DNA of 64,000 bases from Antedon mediterranea (Eukaryota > Animalia > Echinodermata): positions 4,588,001 to 4,652,000 of the forward strand of contig NC_092673.1 of NCBI RefSeq assembly GCF_964355755.1. The letters are read 5' to 3'. The translations under genes and the position numbers were made by a program. Of this stretch, positions 35,886 to 64,000 are shown in pieces. The notes below the pieces were generated by a model. It was not told the DNA's origin and did no database searches. It saw nothing but the letters and a program-made list of their open reading frames with translations. Within the stretch, counting starts at the first letter, position 1. The number at the start of each line of letters is the position of its first letter.

Positions 35886-37748
35886 TTATTTATATGAGTT
35901 GAATTTGATTGAATTTGATGTTCGCTTTTTGGTTCCTGCTGTTTTTGCAATATAAGCCTCCTGTTGCCTCTGCAACGCCAACTCAGTTAAATGTTGTTTA
36001 TGGTTGTCCTTTTCATGTTTTAATCTCTTTTTTAGTGATTGTATTTCTTCCATTTGTGATATAGATTCACTCTCTGCTTTTAGTTTTTCAGCCTGCAATA
36101 CTGGAAAGGAATTAATCATTTTAATTAGATTAAGATACTTTATACATTAAATATATATAAAGTAAATTTTACATATCTGTATCAAAAAGTAGATAGCTCT
36201 TGAAAAAATTTACAATTTACAAACTCCTGGGGTGGATTGCTATAAAACAGTCTTAACTGATGGTCTCAACTCCCCGATTAAAGCCGGCTTTATCAGATAG
36301 GACGGTCTTATTAAAGCCACTCCTGATAGACCATTGCTATAAAACAGTCTTGAATAAGACCACGCAAAGTAACAAATTGAGGGCGTACTTTGCGCGTAGA
36401 ATACCAAATAAGGTAATGTTCGTCACGCTTGTTCAATTCACAAATCATAACAGTACGTACATTTATACACGAGAAAATCTATTCTAGGCCTATATAAGAA
36501 TAAAATCACCGTTATTATTTGATTTAACACTTAAAACTCGTTCAATTGGTTATCTTTGACGATAAATAATACGTAAAAGCAACAAAAAGAGAGGTTTAAG
36601 ACTGTTTTAAGACTCCTTCGAGTAGGCTTTAATTTTAAAGACCGTTTACAGGTTAGACCGCGGTATAGCAATGGTCTATAATATAAGACTACTTGCTACG
36701 TCACGAATTATAGCCGGCTAAGCGCTAAGACCGGTTATAGACCGCTTATAGCAATCCACCCCTGGATGTTATACTGTAATAAGATTTGGCTGAGTGAATT
36801 ATTAGAACTTTTGGAAAACTGGGGTTTATTTTCCTAGGATTAGTTTAAATTACATGCATGGTTGACCAATGAGTCTTATCTATTTTGGGTAACTATTAAC
36901 ATATTGTGTCAATAAACCATTATACCAGAGAATTTTGACGACAACTCATCATGTTTAGTGGTCTCTCTCAGTGCTTTATTCTTCAGTAATCCAAACCTGA
37001 AAAAAAAGTATAATTCAATATTAATTAATATGTTTCAATGTTAAAGCAAGTTCTTGCAAAATTAATTTTAATATCAACTGAATTTGTTACTCTTACGTGT
37101 TTTCAAATTGTGACTTTTCTCTTTGTAATTGTCGTTTAAGAATCTCCACCTCCCCAAGTGCAAACTGTAACTTCTCTGTTTCGTTTGCTAGCTTAGCTTT
37201 TGTATTTGCATGTTCCAGTCTTTCATTCTAAAGATATAAAGTATAACACTTTCTTAATGAAAAAAAACCAGAAATTTATTACATTAATAAATTTCCACTA
37301 GGCTAGGCCTAGTGACTAGGCACTAAAATAATACTAATCTAACCTTTAAATCTTTTAGAATCTGTTCATACAGCTGTTTTTCAACCATCTCTTCTTGCAG
37401 TGAGTCATTCTACAAAATAAAGAAAACGCTATACAAAACAGTGCTTCTAATCTAAGGAACAACAGCCAAGTCCTTTCATGATGTAGGCCTAGGCTATTAA
37501 TAATTATCAGCGTCTTAGCTTACTCTCGGCTAATGTCATGCTCTGTCCTTTGATTGAGCAGAAGGGGCCTAGCTAGCCATCATGCCTGCAGATTTCACTT
37601 AGTCAAGTAGGTATATACTATAACAAAGTTAAAAACAATTTACGTAAGATTTTATGTTTTCATATACTGTCCTCTGAGCAAAAAATAAGTCCTGAAGTTG
37701 TTCGCTAACAAGTTTACCAGTTGAATCAAGTTTATTTATTGTTGACAT
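35886..37748 (-). CDS. SPATA24: Spermatogenesis-associated protein 24 (coiled coil), ~195 aa
   Basis: Exons 37748-37644, 37409-37344, 37227-37097, 36996-36926, 36100-35886 (588 nt, phases consistent). HANTKAKLANETEKLQFALGEVEILKRQL and QRQQEAYIA match SPATA24 motifs as I recall them (KLQFALGEVE, QKQQESYMA). Confidence 0.88.
36230..36761. mobile_element. Harbinger-type MITE (532 bp) in the last SPATA24 intron
   Basis: CTG|GGGTGGATTGCTATAA ... TTATAGCAATCCACCC|CTG: 16-bp TIR with 3-bp CWG target duplication. Confidence 0.85.
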
Positions 37749-38202
37749 TCTGTTCTGTGTGGGAAATTAATTTTTCAAAACAAAGTATATGTCGCCCTCT
37801 ATTTATGTTTATTGAATTAGCCTTTTTACTATCGGTATTAAAAATCCTTGCATTTTTATTGTACGTAAGTGCTTTGTGTAGATAATAAAATATAATTTAG
37901 TAACTTTCTTTATTTACGAATTTATAATGTTTTTATATAAATTTCAACAAATATTGCTCTCAACCTTATTTTAAATATAAACCTCTTATGGTATAAATTT
38001 TGCGACGTCTGGATTTACAAGCTGATGTATGATGGGATATTGCCCTGCCATATTGGATTCTTACTTTATGTAAGATGAGTGTTTCTGCAAGCAAAAACCT
38101 ATAAAAATAAGGTTTTAACAGTTTGGATCACATTAGATTTATCAAGAAATTGACAATCATTACACTCTGAATTATTAAAGGTTATTATAATAAAGATTTT
38201 AA
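37749..38202. promoter_or_regulatory. Bidirectional promoter region SPATA24/FAM193
   Basis: Divergent ATGs are 454 bp apart; CTCF-core-like GTCGCCCTCTA (~37790); YY1-like GCCATATT followed by ATTGG (~38047). Confidence 0.6.

Positions 38203-64000
<25,798 letters not shown>

Noticed and set aside
23317-36925. GTATAAT donors (GNE 23317, SPATA24 36925) as possible U12 introns
   Set aside because: They lack the GTATCCTT consensus, and I saw no U12 branch point; weak U2 donors.

Overview
AT-rich, intron-rich animal genomic DNA. An invertebrate deuterostome such as an echinoderm is likely, inferred from a vertebrate-like bifunctional GNE and Deu/Nin-domain SINEs; the species is not determined. Gene order: last two exons of an unidentified gene (+), PCED1/FAM113 PC-esterase (-), V-ATPase subunit B (+, 14 exons, head-to-head with PCED1), GNE (+, 11 coding exons), SPATA24 (-), and FAM193 (+, head-to-head with SPATA24, runs off the window). 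Introns hold many non-autonomous DNA transposons, tRNA-derived SINEs, and two Penelope-like 3' remnants that each end in a variant minimal hammerhead ribozyme. One ~135-bp MITE (MITE-A) has about 13 copies. Main observations: (1) a DNA-level copy of V-ATPase B exon 3 sits between MITE-A ends in a GNE intron 23 kb away; (2) a 36-bp intronic inverted repeat brackets V-ATPase B exons 12-13; (3) V-ATPase B intron 2 holds a candidate orphan box C/D RNA with a long G-U-rich stem; (4) MITE-A copies cluster next to exon boundaries. Coordinates were read by eye; family assignments come from recalled motifs, not database searches.
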